From IMG/VR virus record IMGVR_UViG_3300050821_008714: 20,000 nt of DNA, one strand, 5' to 3'. Source of the stretch: an uncultured virus (IMG/VR IMGVR_UViG_3300050821_008714) (taxonomy: Duplodnaviria > Heunggongvirae > Uroviricota > Caudoviricetes). Under the pieces are notes generated by a model. The model did not search any database and was not told where the DNA came from. It worked only from the letters and a program-made list of their open reading frames with translations. Shown here one piece after another: positions 7,310 to 16,203 of this stretch. The position numbers and the translations under genes were made by a program. Position 1 is the stretch's first letter, and each line of letters begins with the position of its first letter.

Positions 7310-7566
7310 GCAAGGACGGCGCCAAGAAAGACCCGGAGATCTTCGTCATGATCAAGGACTGCTGCTGCGGTGTGGACCACCGGATGAAGCGGTCCGCGTG
7401 GGATAAGTACCGCCAGGTGGTTAAGGGAAAGCTGCCCACGGTGCCGGTGGGCACCGGCATCGCCTGCTGGCGGATCCCGCGCATCTACATCGCCTGCCAC
7501 GGCATCAAGGCGGCCGAGGTCCCGCTGCTAGCCGAGCGGTACGGATGGGAGGCGGTCGGGCCGTGA
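7306..7566 (+). CDS. Cys/His-rich hypothetical protein (86 aa)
   Basis: GTGA overlaps at both ends. Confidence 0.65.
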   Translation: MSKDGAKKDPEIFVMIKDCCCGVDHRMKRSAWDKYRQVVKGKLPTVPVGTGIACWRIPRIYIACHGIKAAEVPLLAERYGWEAVGP

Positions 7567-7829
7567 CGAAGGACTCGACGCTCGATCCGAGGTGCCCGGT
7601 CAAGATCCACTGGGCACGGGGGCAGGAGCACACGACGCAGTGCGACCGCCTTCGCCACACCGACCCGTACCACCGGGGCAGGTACCCCAGCCCGCACCCG
7701 AGCGGGTACACGGTGATCTCCTGGCAGGCGGGCGACCGCCGCGAGTACACCGGCGAGTGGCCCGGCCCGTGCGTCCTGGTGAAGGGCTGCGTCCTGCACA
7801 CCGGGCACGTGGGGAAGTGCGCGGTGTGA
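7563..7829 (+). CDS. Cys/His-rich hypothetical protein (88 aa)
   Basis: GTGA overlap and GGAGG RBS; C-terminal CVLHTGHVGKC metal-binding-like motif. Confidence 0.65.
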   Translation: MTKDSTLDPRCPVKIHWARGQEHTTQCDRLRHTDPYHRGRYPSPHPSGYTVISWQAGDRREYTGEWPGPCVLVKGCVLHTGHVGKCAV

Positions 7830-8023
7830 ACGAGTGGCGCAAGCCGAGCGGCTGCCCCAACAACGCCACCTGCGTCGAGGTGATGGAGGCCGAGGCGGGC
7901 TTCTACGTGCGGGATGCCAAGGACGAAGGACGCGGCCCGGCGCTGTTCTTCACCCGCGCCGAGTGGGCCGCGTTCCTGGCCGGTGTGAACGCGGGGGAGT
8001 TCGACGCGGAGGATGCGACGTGA
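7826..8023 (+). CDS. DUF397 family protein (BldB/AbaA-like, 65 aa)
   Basis: WRKPSGC...CVEV...VRDAKD...GPALFFTRAEWAAFLAGVNAGEFD matches the DUF397 consensus. Confidence 0.9.
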   Translation: MNEWRKPSGCPNNATCVEVMEAEAGFYVRDAKDEGRGPALFFTRAEWAAFLAGVNAGEFDAEDAT

Positions 8024-8325
8024 ACGACGTGGACGCGCTCACCCGGTTCCGGATGGCCCGGTACGAGCTGGTCGGCAGCGCCGAGGCGCTGCACATCTAC
8101 GAGTTGGCGAACGCCGCGCTGGCCGAGCAGTCGGCCGAGATCGCCCGGCTCAAGGACGAGCTGGCCGAGCGGGAGAACCGCGCCGTGCTGCACGCCACCG
8201 GCGCGCAGTGCGAGCGGATCATCTCGTCCGGAGAGGCCGACGCCGAGGAGCCGGGCACGATCCTGCGGTCGACCGACGACACGCGGAGCTGGGAGCGCAC
8301 GGGGGCGGGGTGGCAGCTGAGGTAG
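8020..8325 (+). CDS. hypothetical protein with coiled coil (101 aa)
   Basis: GTGA overlap and GGAGG RBS; followed by a hairpin. Confidence 0.65.
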   Translation: MNDVDALTRFRMARYELVGSAEALHIYELANAALAEQSAEIARLKDELAERENRAVLHATGAQCERIISSGEADAEEPGTILRSTDDTRSWERTGAGWQLR

Positions 8326-8341
8326 CGACGGCTGCTCACGG

Positions 8342-8363
8342 GGCCCGGACCTCGGTCCGGGCC
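8342..8363 (+). terminator. intrinsic terminator-like hairpin ending the small-gene operon
   Basis: GGCCCGGAC-CTCG-GTCCGGGCC perfect 9-bp stem. Confidence 0.65.
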
Positions 8364-8448
8364 TTCGGCGTCTCTGGTAGCTTGGCATTGTCCGCAGTAC
8401 GCTTAGCCGCGTAGCGACCTTGTCGTCAGATGTTGGGGAGATACGATC

Positions 8449-8727
8449 ATGAGTTTCAGCAGTGTTCTCATCGAGGTCAAGAAGGTTCTCAGCGAGGTGA
8501 CCGGCGAGGCCGGGCGCGTGGCCAAGGCGGGCCTGGCGGACCTGGAGGCCGAGGCCGCGAAGGTGCAGAGCGACGTCAGCGGCCTGCTGGCGAAGGCACG
8601 GGCCGACGCCGAGACGGCGGTGTCGGCGGCCGAGCCCGAGGTGAAGGCGGCGGTCAGCGCGCTGATCGCCCAGCTGGAGCTGGACGTCAAGGCCGCGCTC
8701 GCCCAGCTCGCCGTGCACTCCCTCTGA
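8449..8727 (+). CDS. Ala-rich helical hypothetical protein (92 aa), first gene of the lysis-like cassette
   Basis: GGGGAG RBS; amphipathic helical pattern; no clear TM segment. Confidence 0.7.
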   Translation: MSFSSVLIEVKKVLSEVTGEAGRVAKAGLADLEAEAAKVQSDVSGLLAKARADAETAVSAAEPEVKAAVSALIAQLELDVKAALAQLAVHSL

Positions 8728-8744
8728 CACGGGAGGGCACCACA

Positions 8745-9692
8745 GTGATCCTCGGCTGCGACATCGCCTGGCAGAAGCCGACCGGCGCACAGCTCGCGGC
8801 CGTCGGCGTCCAGTTCGCCAGCCTGTACGTCGGGCAGGACAACACCGGCAAGAACATGACACCTGCCGTGGTCGCCGACTACGCCGCGCACGGCGTTTCG
8901 GTCATCACGAACTTCGAGTACGGCGCGACGCAGATGCTCGGCGGCGCGGCGCAGGGCAGGACCGACGCGGCGCTGGGCCTGTCGCAGGCGCGGGCCTGCG
9001 GCATGCCGGACGGCCGCCCGATCATCTACTCGGCAGACTGGGCCGCCACCGCCGCGCAGATCAACAGCGGGATCATCCCGTACCTGGCGGCGGCGCGCGA
9101 CGTGACCGGGCCCGGCACCGTCGGCGTCTACGGCTCGTACTCCGTGGTCACCGCCGTGAACGCGTACTGGGCCGCGCACTTCCCCGGCGAGCACCTCTAC
9201 GTGTGGCAGACGGTCGCCTGGTCCGGCTCGTCCTGGGCGACGGCGCTGGAGGAGATAGAGCAGCTCGGCGGCAGCATGACTGTCGGCGGTATCACGATCG
9301 ACCAGGACTATGCACCGGCCGGCGTCGATGTCGGCCAGTGGATCCTCGGAGGAGGCGCCCCCACCATGACGATGAACTGGACCGACCTGATCGACGGGAT
9401 CGGCGGACGACCCGGCGGCAACCACGTCAACTACATGCTCACCGATCTGTCCCGGATGCGCGACCACCTGTACGGCGACTCGACCGCGACGGTTCCGGCC
9501 GACTCGCCGCTGGCGCAGATCCTCGCGCTGCCCGCGACGGTGGCCGCGATCGAGGCGCAGGTGAAGGGCTTGTCCGTGCCGTCCGTGGATGCGGCGGCGC
9601 TCGCCGAGGCGCTGGCGGGCAACACGGCGTTCGTGAAGGCCATCGCGCACGCGTTCGCGGTCGAGATCCACAACGACACCCCGGGGGTCTGA
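8745..9692 (+). CDS. endolysin candidate, DUF1906 (Rv2525c-like, GH25-related) glycoside hydrolase (315 aa)
   Basis: GGGAGG RBS and GTG 8745; GKNMT...NFE...GGAAQGRTDA...ARACGMPDGRPIIYSAD...VGVYG...WQTVAWS motifs; helical C-terminal tail. Confidence 0.82.
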   Translation: MILGCDIAWQKPTGAQLAAVGVQFASLYVGQDNTGKNMTPAVVADYAAHGVSVITNFEYGATQMLGGAAQGRTDAALGLSQARACGMPDGRPIIYSADWAATAAQINSGIIPYLAAARDVTGPGTVGVYGSYSVVTAVNAYWAAHFPGEHLYVWQTVAWSGSSWATALEEIEQLGGSMTVGGITIDQDYAPAGVDVGQWILGGGAPTMTMNWTDLIDGIGGRPGGNHVNYMLTDLSRMRDHLYGDSTATVPADSPLAQILALPATVAAIEAQVKGLSVPSVDAAALAEALAGNTAFVKAIAHAFAVEIHNDTPGV

Positions 9693-9693
9693 C

Positions 9694-10647
9694 GTGACAC
9701 GCCGCCGCGGCAAGTACGGACGGCTTCCCAACGACCCGCACCGCGCGCGGATCCACCTGCACAACTCGCTGACCGGCGTGGTGCCGACGCACCCGGCTGC
9801 CGACGACTACCTGTCCCGGCTCTCGGGCTGGCAGATGCTCGGCAACGACCAGTACGGCGACTGCGTCGCGGTCACCTGGTCCAACCTGCGCAGGCTGACC
9901 ACCGCCCGGCTCAGCGTCGAGAGCTACCCGCCGCTGGTCCAGGTCGAGGCGCTGTACACGACGCAGAACCCCGGGTTCCCCGCCGAGGACAACGGCATGG
10001 ACATCCAGACGTGCCTGGAGTACCTGGTCAAGACCGGAGGCCCGGACGGTGTCAAGGCGCTCGGATTCGCCGCGGTCGACCACACCAACCCGGACGAGGT
10101 CAAGGCCGCGATCGCGATCTTCGGGGCGGTGTGGGTCGGCATCGACGTGCTGTCGGCCAACGAGACCGAGTTCGACGACGGCCAGCCGTGGGACTACGTG
10201 CCCGGCTCGCAGGACGTCGGCGGCCACAGCATCCTGGTCGGCGGGTACGGCGCGATCGGCACCGGGCAGCTCGGAGGAGATGAGAAGTTCATCACCTGGG
10301 CCGAGGAGACGTCGTTCACCGATGCGTTCTGGTCCAACCAGGTCAGCGAGTGCTGGGCGGTCGTCTGGCCCGAGCACCTCGGTTCTCAGGAGTTCCTGGC
10401 CGGGGTCGACCTGCAGCAGCTCGCCGCAGACTACGCCGCCATCACCGGACAGCCGTTCCCGGCGCCGGTACCGCCCGCCCCGTCCCCCACGCCCACGCCG
10501 ACGCCGCCGAGCCCCACTCCGCCGCTGCCGCCGGTGCCGACTCCGCCCGCGCCTCCGGTACCCGTGCCACCGGAGCCCAACGTCATCCAATGGCTGATCA
10601 AGGCCCTGGAGCACCTGATCGCCGTCCTAAAGAAGATGCTTCCGTGA
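9694..10647 (+). CDS. papain-like (C1-type) cysteine peptidase with Pro-rich tail (317 aa)
   Basis: NDQYGDCV (catalytic Cys), GGHSILVGGY (catalytic His), FITW. Confidence 0.75.
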   Translation: MTRRRGKYGRLPNDPHRARIHLHNSLTGVVPTHPAADDYLSRLSGWQMLGNDQYGDCVAVTWSNLRRLTTARLSVESYPPLVQVEALYTTQNPGFPAEDNGMDIQTCLEYLVKTGGPDGVKALGFAAVDHTNPDEVKAAIAIFGAVWVGIDVLSANETEFDDGQPWDYVPGSQDVGGHSILVGGYGAIGTGQLGGDEKFITWAEETSFTDAFWSNQVSECWAVVWPEHLGSQEFLAGVDLQQLAADYAAITGQPFPAPVPPAPSPTPTPTPPSPTPPLPPVPTPPAPPVPVPPEPNVIQWLIKALEHLIAVLKKMLP

Positions 10648-11171
10648 CTTCCGGAATCGACCCCCACCAGCCGGGCGACACCGTCCTGGTCCAGATCGAG
10701 GGAGCCGTCGGCAGGGCCATCGAGTTCGGCCAGTGGCTGAACGGCGACGGATTCACCGTGTTCGAGCACGCCGCGATGTACCTTGGCGGCGGCATGGTCG
10801 TCGAGGCGGAGCCCGGCGGGGCGCGCGAGGTGCCGCTGTCCGAGTACGACGGCCGGGCGCAGTTCTGGTCAACCGGGCACCTGGCGCTCACCGGGCAGCA
10901 GCGCGGCGCCGTCGTGGCGGCGGCCCTGAAGTACGCGGCTGCGCGCGTCCCGTACAGCTTCCTCGACTACGACGCCCTGGCCGTGCACAGGCTGCGCATC
11001 CCCGTGCCCGGCCTGAGGCGGTACATCGCCGACACCGGGCACATGATCTGCTCGCAGCTCGTCGACCAGTGCTACGCCGACGCCGGGGTGCACCTGTTCA
11101 AGGACGGCCGCTGGCCGGGCTACGTCACCCCCGGCGATCTCCTCAACCTGTTCAAGCTGGAGGGCTCATGA
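10644..11171 (+). CDS. permuted papain-like NlpC/P60 amidase (YiiX/YebB-like, 175 aa)
   Basis: PGD...HAAMYLG...VVEA...PY...ICSQLVDQCY...VTPGDL, with His before Cys (permuted order). Confidence 0.82.
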   Translation: MTSGIDPHQPGDTVLVQIEGAVGRAIEFGQWLNGDGFTVFEHAAMYLGGGMVVEAEPGGAREVPLSEYDGRAQFWSTGHLALTGQQRGAVVAAALKYAAARVPYSFLDYDALAVHRLRIPVPGLRRYIADTGHMICSQLVDQCYADAGVHLFKDGRWPGYVTPGDLLNLFKLEGS

Positions 11172-11458
11172 CGACCACCCGCAGAGAGATCGGACGGGGC
11201 GAGTCCGGCCGGCTCGACGAGCAGCTGACCGGGCGCGTCTGGCTGGCCCAGAACAGGCCCCAGTGGCCGGTCCAGCTGCTCACCTCCGTGCCCCAGGTGG
11301 CCGACTGGCTGAAGATGAACCCCGAAGGCGTCGTCTGGGACTACGAGATCAAGCCGATCAGCCAGGTGCAGATGATCAATCCAAAGCCGTTTCTGCAAGC
11401 GGTGCCCCATGTGACCGCCGCCGAACCCACCGACGTACATGAGGAGAAGCCGGCATGA
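11168..11458 (+). CDS. hypothetical protein (96 aa)
   Basis: ATGA overlaps at both ends; GGAGGG RBS. Confidence 0.7.
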   Translation: MTTTRREIGRGESGRLDEQLTGRVWLAQNRPQWPVQLLTSVPQVADWLKMNPEGVVWDYEIKPISQVQMINPKPFLQAVPHVTAAEPTDVHEEKPA

Positions 11459-12060
11459 CGGACGACCAGCGCCTGGCCGAGTTCGGGGCGTTCACGCCCG
11501 AGGGGGTGCTGACACCCGGCTACGGCGACCACTACCTGTTCCTGGTCGGCCGCGACGACGTGCACGGCATCCTGCTCAAGCTGCTGTCCTCCGAGACGAT
11601 GAGCCTCAAGCTCAACATGTTCGGATACGACGACGACGAGCTGAACGCCGCGATCCTCGCTCTGATGGAGAACCCGAACATCCGCGTGCAGGGCACCCTC
11701 GACAAGTCGCAGTCCGGCGGCGTGCACGAGCGGAAGATCCTCGCCAGCGACGTGGCCAACCACCCGGACTTCTTCAACTCGTTCGTGGTCGGCCAGTCGG
11801 AGACGCACCAGATCAGCCACACCAAGGGCGCCGTCCTGGTCGGCCAGGGCCTCGGGTTCGAGGGCTCCACCAACTGGTCCGCCTCCGGAGAGGGCGCCGG
11901 GATCAAGCTGGACCCGGCGCAGAAGCCGCAGGCCGGGTTCAAGGCGCAGAACAACACGCTGCTGGTGTCGGCCAACCCCGTGTTCCTGGCCCGGTTCGGC
12001 GCCCGGCTGGACGCCGAGCACATCACGGCTTTGCAGCAGGCGCGCAAGACGCCATCCTGA
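11455..12060 (+). CDS. single-domain phospholipase D/nuclease superfamily protein (201 aa)
   Basis: SHTKGAVLV-GQGLGFE-GSTNWS corresponds to HxK(x4)D(x6-7)GSxN with the Asp substituted; also LNMFGYDD, LDKSQ and QNN motifs. Confidence 0.78.
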   Translation: MTDDQRLAEFGAFTPEGVLTPGYGDHYLFLVGRDDVHGILLKLLSSETMSLKLNMFGYDDDELNAAILALMENPNIRVQGTLDKSQSGGVHERKILASDVANHPDFFNSFVVGQSETHQISHTKGAVLVGQGLGFEGSTNWSASGEGAGIKLDPAQKPQAGFKAQNNTLLVSANPVFLARFGARLDAEHITALQQARKTPS

Positions 12061-12064
12061 TCAC

Positions 12065-13786
12065 ATGGTGAACCTGCTGTCTGAGTGGGCGCGGAGGATG
12101 GACCCCGAGGCCATCGTCGAGAAGGCCTCGGCCGTCTGGAAGCGCGAGGCGCGCCCGGAGCAGCGGCTGCCCGAAGGCGACTGGCGGGTCGTCTACTACC
12201 AGGGCGGCCGTGGCAGCGGGAAGACCCGATCGGGATCGGCCGGGCTGGCCGAGCTGATCGAAGCCGACCTGGACTTCGATCCGCCCGGCGAGTACGGCAT
12301 CGTCGCCCCCACCTACCGGGACGCCTGGACGGTGTGCGTCGAGGGCGAGGCCGGGATTCTGCGGGCGCTGGGCACCACGGCCGGCGAGGTCAAGCACGGC
12401 CAGTCCAAGACGGTGGAGTACGCCTACCGCAGCTACGGGGAGATCGGCCTGCGCAGCGGGCACGTGATCTACGTGGACTCGGCCGACGACGGCGCGCTGC
12501 GCGTCCAGGGCAAGAACCTGCGGGCGCTGTGGGGCGACGAGATCGGCCTGTGGAAGCGCTGGCAGGTGGCCTGGGAGGAGTCGGTCCGGTTCGCCGTCCG
12601 CAAGGGCGTGTCGAAGATCATCGTCACCGGAACCCCGAAGGCGTCACGCCCGGCCCGCAAGCTGGTGCGGCGGCTGATCCGGGCCGGGCGCGGCGACGAC
12701 GAGTTCGCCGACGGACCGGTCGTCGTGCGGAAGCTGCGCACGATCGACAACATCGCCAACCTGGCCGAGTCGTTCTTCCGGTCGGTGGTCGGCGCGGCCA
12801 AGGGCACCAGGCTGGAGCGCCAGGAGCTTGAGGGCGAGTTGCTCGACGACGTCGCCAACGCGCTGTGGACGCGTGAGATGCTGGAGGAGGCGCAGTGCCC
12901 CGGCGTCGGCGTCGAGGGCGGACCCGAGTACCTCACCTCGATCAAGATGGGCGTCGACCCGTCCGACGGCACCGAGGAGTCCGACGAGCAGGCGTACACC
13001 ATCGTCGGCCTCGGCCCGATGCGCGACCAGGTCTACGTCGTCGAGTCCTGGGGTGGCCAGGAGGCCCCGGCGCCGTTCGCCCGCCGTTTCCTGGTCCGCG
13101 CGTCGCAGCTCGACGCCACCGTCGTCGTGGAGAAGAACCACGGCGGTGAGTGGATGATGCAGCTGATCGAGCAGGTCCAGCGCGCGCTGATCGCGGAAGG
13201 CGTCATCAAGAAGCGGGTGCGCGTGGAGAAGATCCACGCCAGCGAGTCCAAGCGCACCCGGGCCGAGCCGATCTCCGGGCTGTACGAGCGCGGCATCGTC
13301 AAGCACTGCCAGAAGGTCAACCGCTTCCAGATGGCGGATCCGGACACCGGCGAGATGAAATGGCGCGAGGAGACAGAGCGGTTCACCGAGCTGGAGGATC
13401 AGCAGGCGACGTTCACCGGGGCGCACGGCGAGCGGTCGCCGGACCGGCTCGACTCTCTGGTGTGGGCGGCCAGCGCGTTCCTGTCGCTGAGCTTCGGACC
13501 GGTGACCCACGCCCGCGTGGCCAAGTGGGCCCGCGACGGCGGCCAACTGGCGAACGCCGTGCCGCTGGAGCGGGAGCGCGGCGGCGACCCGATCGCCGCG
13601 CCGGATCCTGAGGACGACCGCGTCGCGGTGCCCCGCGCGGTGCGCCGCCTGCAACTGCAGCAGGTGGCCGCGCTGGACGGTTTCGGCGACATCGACGGAT
13701 GGGCTCCGCAGGATCCTGACGACGTTCCCGAGCACGGGCGCCGCGGCAACGTGCGCGCGTGGTCGTCCGAGTCGTCGCCGATCTAA
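12065..13786 (+). CDS. terL: terminase large subunit
   Basis: Walker A GGRGSGKT, Walker B ALWGDE, VTGTP, QELEGE, RNase H-like GVDPS, VVEKNHGG, SKRTRAEP and SPDRLDSL motifs. Confidence 0.95.
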   Translation: MVNLLSEWARRMDPEAIVEKASAVWKREARPEQRLPEGDWRVVYYQGGRGSGKTRSGSAGLAELIEADLDFDPPGEYGIVAPTYRDAWTVCVEGEAGILRALGTTAGEVKHGQSKTVEYAYRSYGEIGLRSGHVIYVDSADDGALRVQGKNLRALWGDEIGLWKRWQVAWEESVRFAVRKGVSKIIVTGTPKASRPARKLVRRLIRAGRGDDEFADGPVVVRKLRTIDNIANLAESFFRSVVGAAKGTRLERQELEGELLDDVANALWTREMLEEAQCPGVGVEGGPEYLTSIKMGVDPSDGTEESDEQAYTIVGLGPMRDQVYVVESWGGQEAPAPFARRFLVRASQLDATVVVEKNHGGEWMMQLIEQVQRALIAEGVIKKRVRVEKIHASESKRTRAEPISGLYERGIVKHCQKVNRFQMADPDTGEMKWREETERFTELEDQQATFTGAHGERSPDRLDSLVWAASAFLSLSFGPVTHARVAKWARDGGQLANAVPLERERGGDPIAAPDPEDDRVAVPRAVRRLQLQQVAALDGFGDIDGWAPQDPDDVPEHGRRGNVRAWSSESSPI

Positions 13787-13833
13787 CCGGCCAGCGGTAC
13801 CCTGCTGACAGGCGATCACCAGCGAGGAGAACC

Positions 13834-15477
13834 GTGGCCAAGGGACAGAGCAGTGCGGCTGCAGCGCCGGATCCGCAGGCGAACGGTTCGGCGAAGATCT
13901 ACGCGTTCCCGGACATCAAGCCCGCGTCGAAGCGCGAGATCCTCGGCAAGGAGCTCGGCACCCAGTTCGACCTCGGCCAGCGGCTGTTCGCCTGGTACGG
14001 CGAGGGCGACGTATTCGACTACGGCGAGTACACCGCCCGCGACATGAAGGCGATGTTCCGCCGGGACGGCATCTGCTCCGCCGTCGAGTCGGTGCTCACC
14101 CTGCCGATCCGCGAGGCCGAGTTCTCCATCGAGCCCGCCAAGGGCGACAGCGGGGAGACCGAGTTCGCGCGCAGCGTCATCATGACCCCGGACACCGACG
14201 GCGGCATGGCCACCCCCGTGCACGAGCTGGTCGGGCAGGTCACCAGCGCGCAGATCTACCGCCGGGCGTTCTTCGAGAAGATCTGGAAGGTCCGCGAGTC
14301 CGACGGCCGCATCGTGTACGACAAGATCGCCTTCCGGCCGCCCGCCACCTGCCAGGCGCGGTACAACTCGCGCACCGCCGTCCCGAACGGGTTCCGCCAG
14401 CAGGTCTGGCTGTTCGGCGGCAACCTTATGCTCACCAAGGAGCAGAAGGTCCCCGGATACGTCGACATCCCGAAGGTCCGGTCCTTCATCCACACCCACG
14501 GCAAGTACCGCGAGCCGCTGGTCGGCGTGTCGGAGATGGACGTCAGCTACTGGGTGTACCAGACGAAGATGAAGCTGCTGTTCCTCTGGTACTACTTCCT
14601 GGAGAACCAGGCGATGCAGCGCATCATCGCCTACGGGTCCGACCAGGCCGAGGCCAACGTCCACGCCGACGACATATCCCAGCTCAAGGGCTCCGGAGTG
14701 GTCGGCCTGATCCACCCGCCGGACAGCAAGAAGGCCTTCGAGGTCATCCCGCAGGGCACAGACGCCGGGAAGTTCTTCATGGAGGCCATGGGCTTCCTGG
14801 AGAGCTGGCAGACGCAGAGCGTGCTGGCCGGGTTCATGGGCCTGGTCGGCGGGGCGACGGGCGGGAAGGGCGCGTACTCGCTGTCGCAGGACCAGAGCGC
14901 GTTCTACCTCAAGTCCCGGCAGGCCGTCGCCAAGGAGATCGGCGAGTCGCTGAGCTACGACGTCCTCCGGCCGCTGGTCATGATGAACTTCGGGCCCGGC
15001 GCGGCCTTCCCCAACTGGAAGTTCGGCCCGCTGCAGGACGAGCAGATGGCGGCGCTGCTGACCCTGTTCGGCCAGCTGGCTGCGGCGCCCGCGCTGCACA
15101 TCCCCGTGCCGGTGTTCGATCTGATCACCGAGCGGATGGCCTCTATCCTGCAGCTCGACATCGACCAGGTGCACCAGGCCCTGGTGTCGACGTCCGCGCA
15201 GCGGGCCGAGCAGATGGCGTCCAACCCGCCGCCCGGCATGCCGCCCTCGGCCGCCGGGGGGCTCGGCGCGGTGCAGGGCCTGGTCGGCGCGGCGCAGAAC
15301 CTGACCAAGCAGGCAGCCGCGAAGCAGGGCGGCGTGCCCGAGGGGCTGCGCGGGGCGCCCGGCACGGGCGCCCCGCCGCCTCCGGGCGCGGGCTCGTCAG
15401 GGCCGCCGGCTCCGCCTCCTGCTCCGTCCCGCCTCGGCGCGGGCGGCCAGGCGCCGCCGAGGCCGGGGTCGGCATGA
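13834..15477 (+). CDS. portal protein (Mu gp29/DUF935-like, 547 aa)
   Basis: Lies directly after terL; GAGGAG RBS and GTG 13834; AFFEKIW, KIAFRP, SVLAGFMGL...GAYSLSQDQ, VLRPLVMMNFG motifs; Pro/Gly-rich tail. Confidence 0.85.
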   Translation: MAKGQSSAAAAPDPQANGSAKIYAFPDIKPASKREILGKELGTQFDLGQRLFAWYGEGDVFDYGEYTARDMKAMFRRDGICSAVESVLTLPIREAEFSIEPAKGDSGETEFARSVIMTPDTDGGMATPVHELVGQVTSAQIYRRAFFEKIWKVRESDGRIVYDKIAFRPPATCQARYNSRTAVPNGFRQQVWLFGGNLMLTKEQKVPGYVDIPKVRSFIHTHGKYREPLVGVSEMDVSYWVYQTKMKLLFLWYYFLENQAMQRIIAYGSDQAEANVHADDISQLKGSGVVGLIHPPDSKKAFEVIPQGTDAGKFFMEAMGFLESWQTQSVLAGFMGLVGGATGGKGAYSLSQDQSAFYLKSRQAVAKEIGESLSYDVLRPLVMMNFGPGAAFPNWKFGPLQDEQMAALLTLFGQLAAAPALHIPVPVFDLITERMASILQLDIDQVHQALVSTSAQRAEQMASNPPPGMPPSAAGGLGAVQGLVGAAQNLTKQAAAKQGGVPEGLRGAPGTGAPPPPGAGSSGPPAPPPAPSRLGAGGQAPPRPGSA

Positions 15478-16202
15478 CCGCCCCGGTCCAGCAGCAACCG
15501 GTCCAGCAACCGGCGCAGCAACCGGTCCAGCAACCCCCGGGCCCGAGCGACGACGACCTGGCGGCGGCTGCGGCGGCTGCGCTCGCGGCGGAAGTCACCG
15601 TCCCGGCGGTCACCGCGGTTCTGGCGAAGCTGTACTTCCAGGCTGGCATCGAGCGCCCGGCCCTGCAGGCTGCGCTGCAGATCGTCATGTCCATGCCGCC
15701 CGAGGCGACCGGTATAGCCGGGCCCGCCACCGCGCAGGTCGCCTACCTCAACCAGGTCCGGCGCGGGCAGATGGTCGTGTCTATCGGCCGGCGGATCACC
15801 GGCGACCTGCGCAGCGCGGTGTCGGCGGGCAAGAACCCGCTCCGGGCGCTGCTCGACGGCGTGGAGCGTGAACGGCGCTACTTCGGCATGCACCGCGACG
15901 CGATCTGGTCCCGCGCCAAGGCGGCCATGGCCGTCGACATGGCCGTGCTCGACCATGGCCTGCTGCTCGGCTGGCAGACGTACCGGGACGACCACACCAC
16001 GCCGGACTGCCTGGCGGCCGACGGGAAGAACTTCCGGGCCGACTCGATGCCGCTGATCGGGTTCCCCGGCACCGTGCACGCGAAGTGCCGCTGCAAGCCG
16101 GTCGGGCCGTTCCCCGGCGCGCCGATGCTCCCGTCGGCGGGCATCACCCCGGCGCGCACAGCCCGACTGCAGCGCCGGATGCAGAGCAGGATGACGGCGT
16201 GA
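15474..16202 (+). CDS. MuF-like minor head (head morphogenesis) protein (242 aa)
   Basis: W...DDHTTPDC...DGKNF...PGTVHAKCRC is the MuF C-terminal signature; follows the portal gene. Confidence 0.8.
   Translation: MTAPVQQQPVQQPAQQPVQQPPGPSDDDLAAAAAAALAAEVTVPAVTAVLAKLYFQAGIERPALQAALQIVMSMPPEATGIAGPATAQVAYLNQVRRGQMVVSIGRRITGDLRSAVSAGKNPLRALLDGVERERRYFGMHRDAIWSRAKAAMAVDMAVLDHGLLLGWQTYRDDHTTPDCLAADGKNFRADSMPLIGFPGTVHAKCRCKPVGPFPGAPMLPSAGITPARTARLQRRMQSRMTA
15483..15535 (+). repeat. short 12-nt tandem coding repeat (QQPV/QQPA)
   Basis: CCGGTCCAGCAA-like units, about 4 copies. Confidence 0.7.
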
Positions 16203-16203
16203 C

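Noticed and set aside
8449..8727. Holin call for the gene before the endolysin
   Set aside because: No uninterrupted hydrophobic TM segment; charged residues occur throughout.
10455..10580. C-rich repetitive DNA
   Set aside because: Encodes the Pro/Thr linker of the peptidase; not an independent repeat element.
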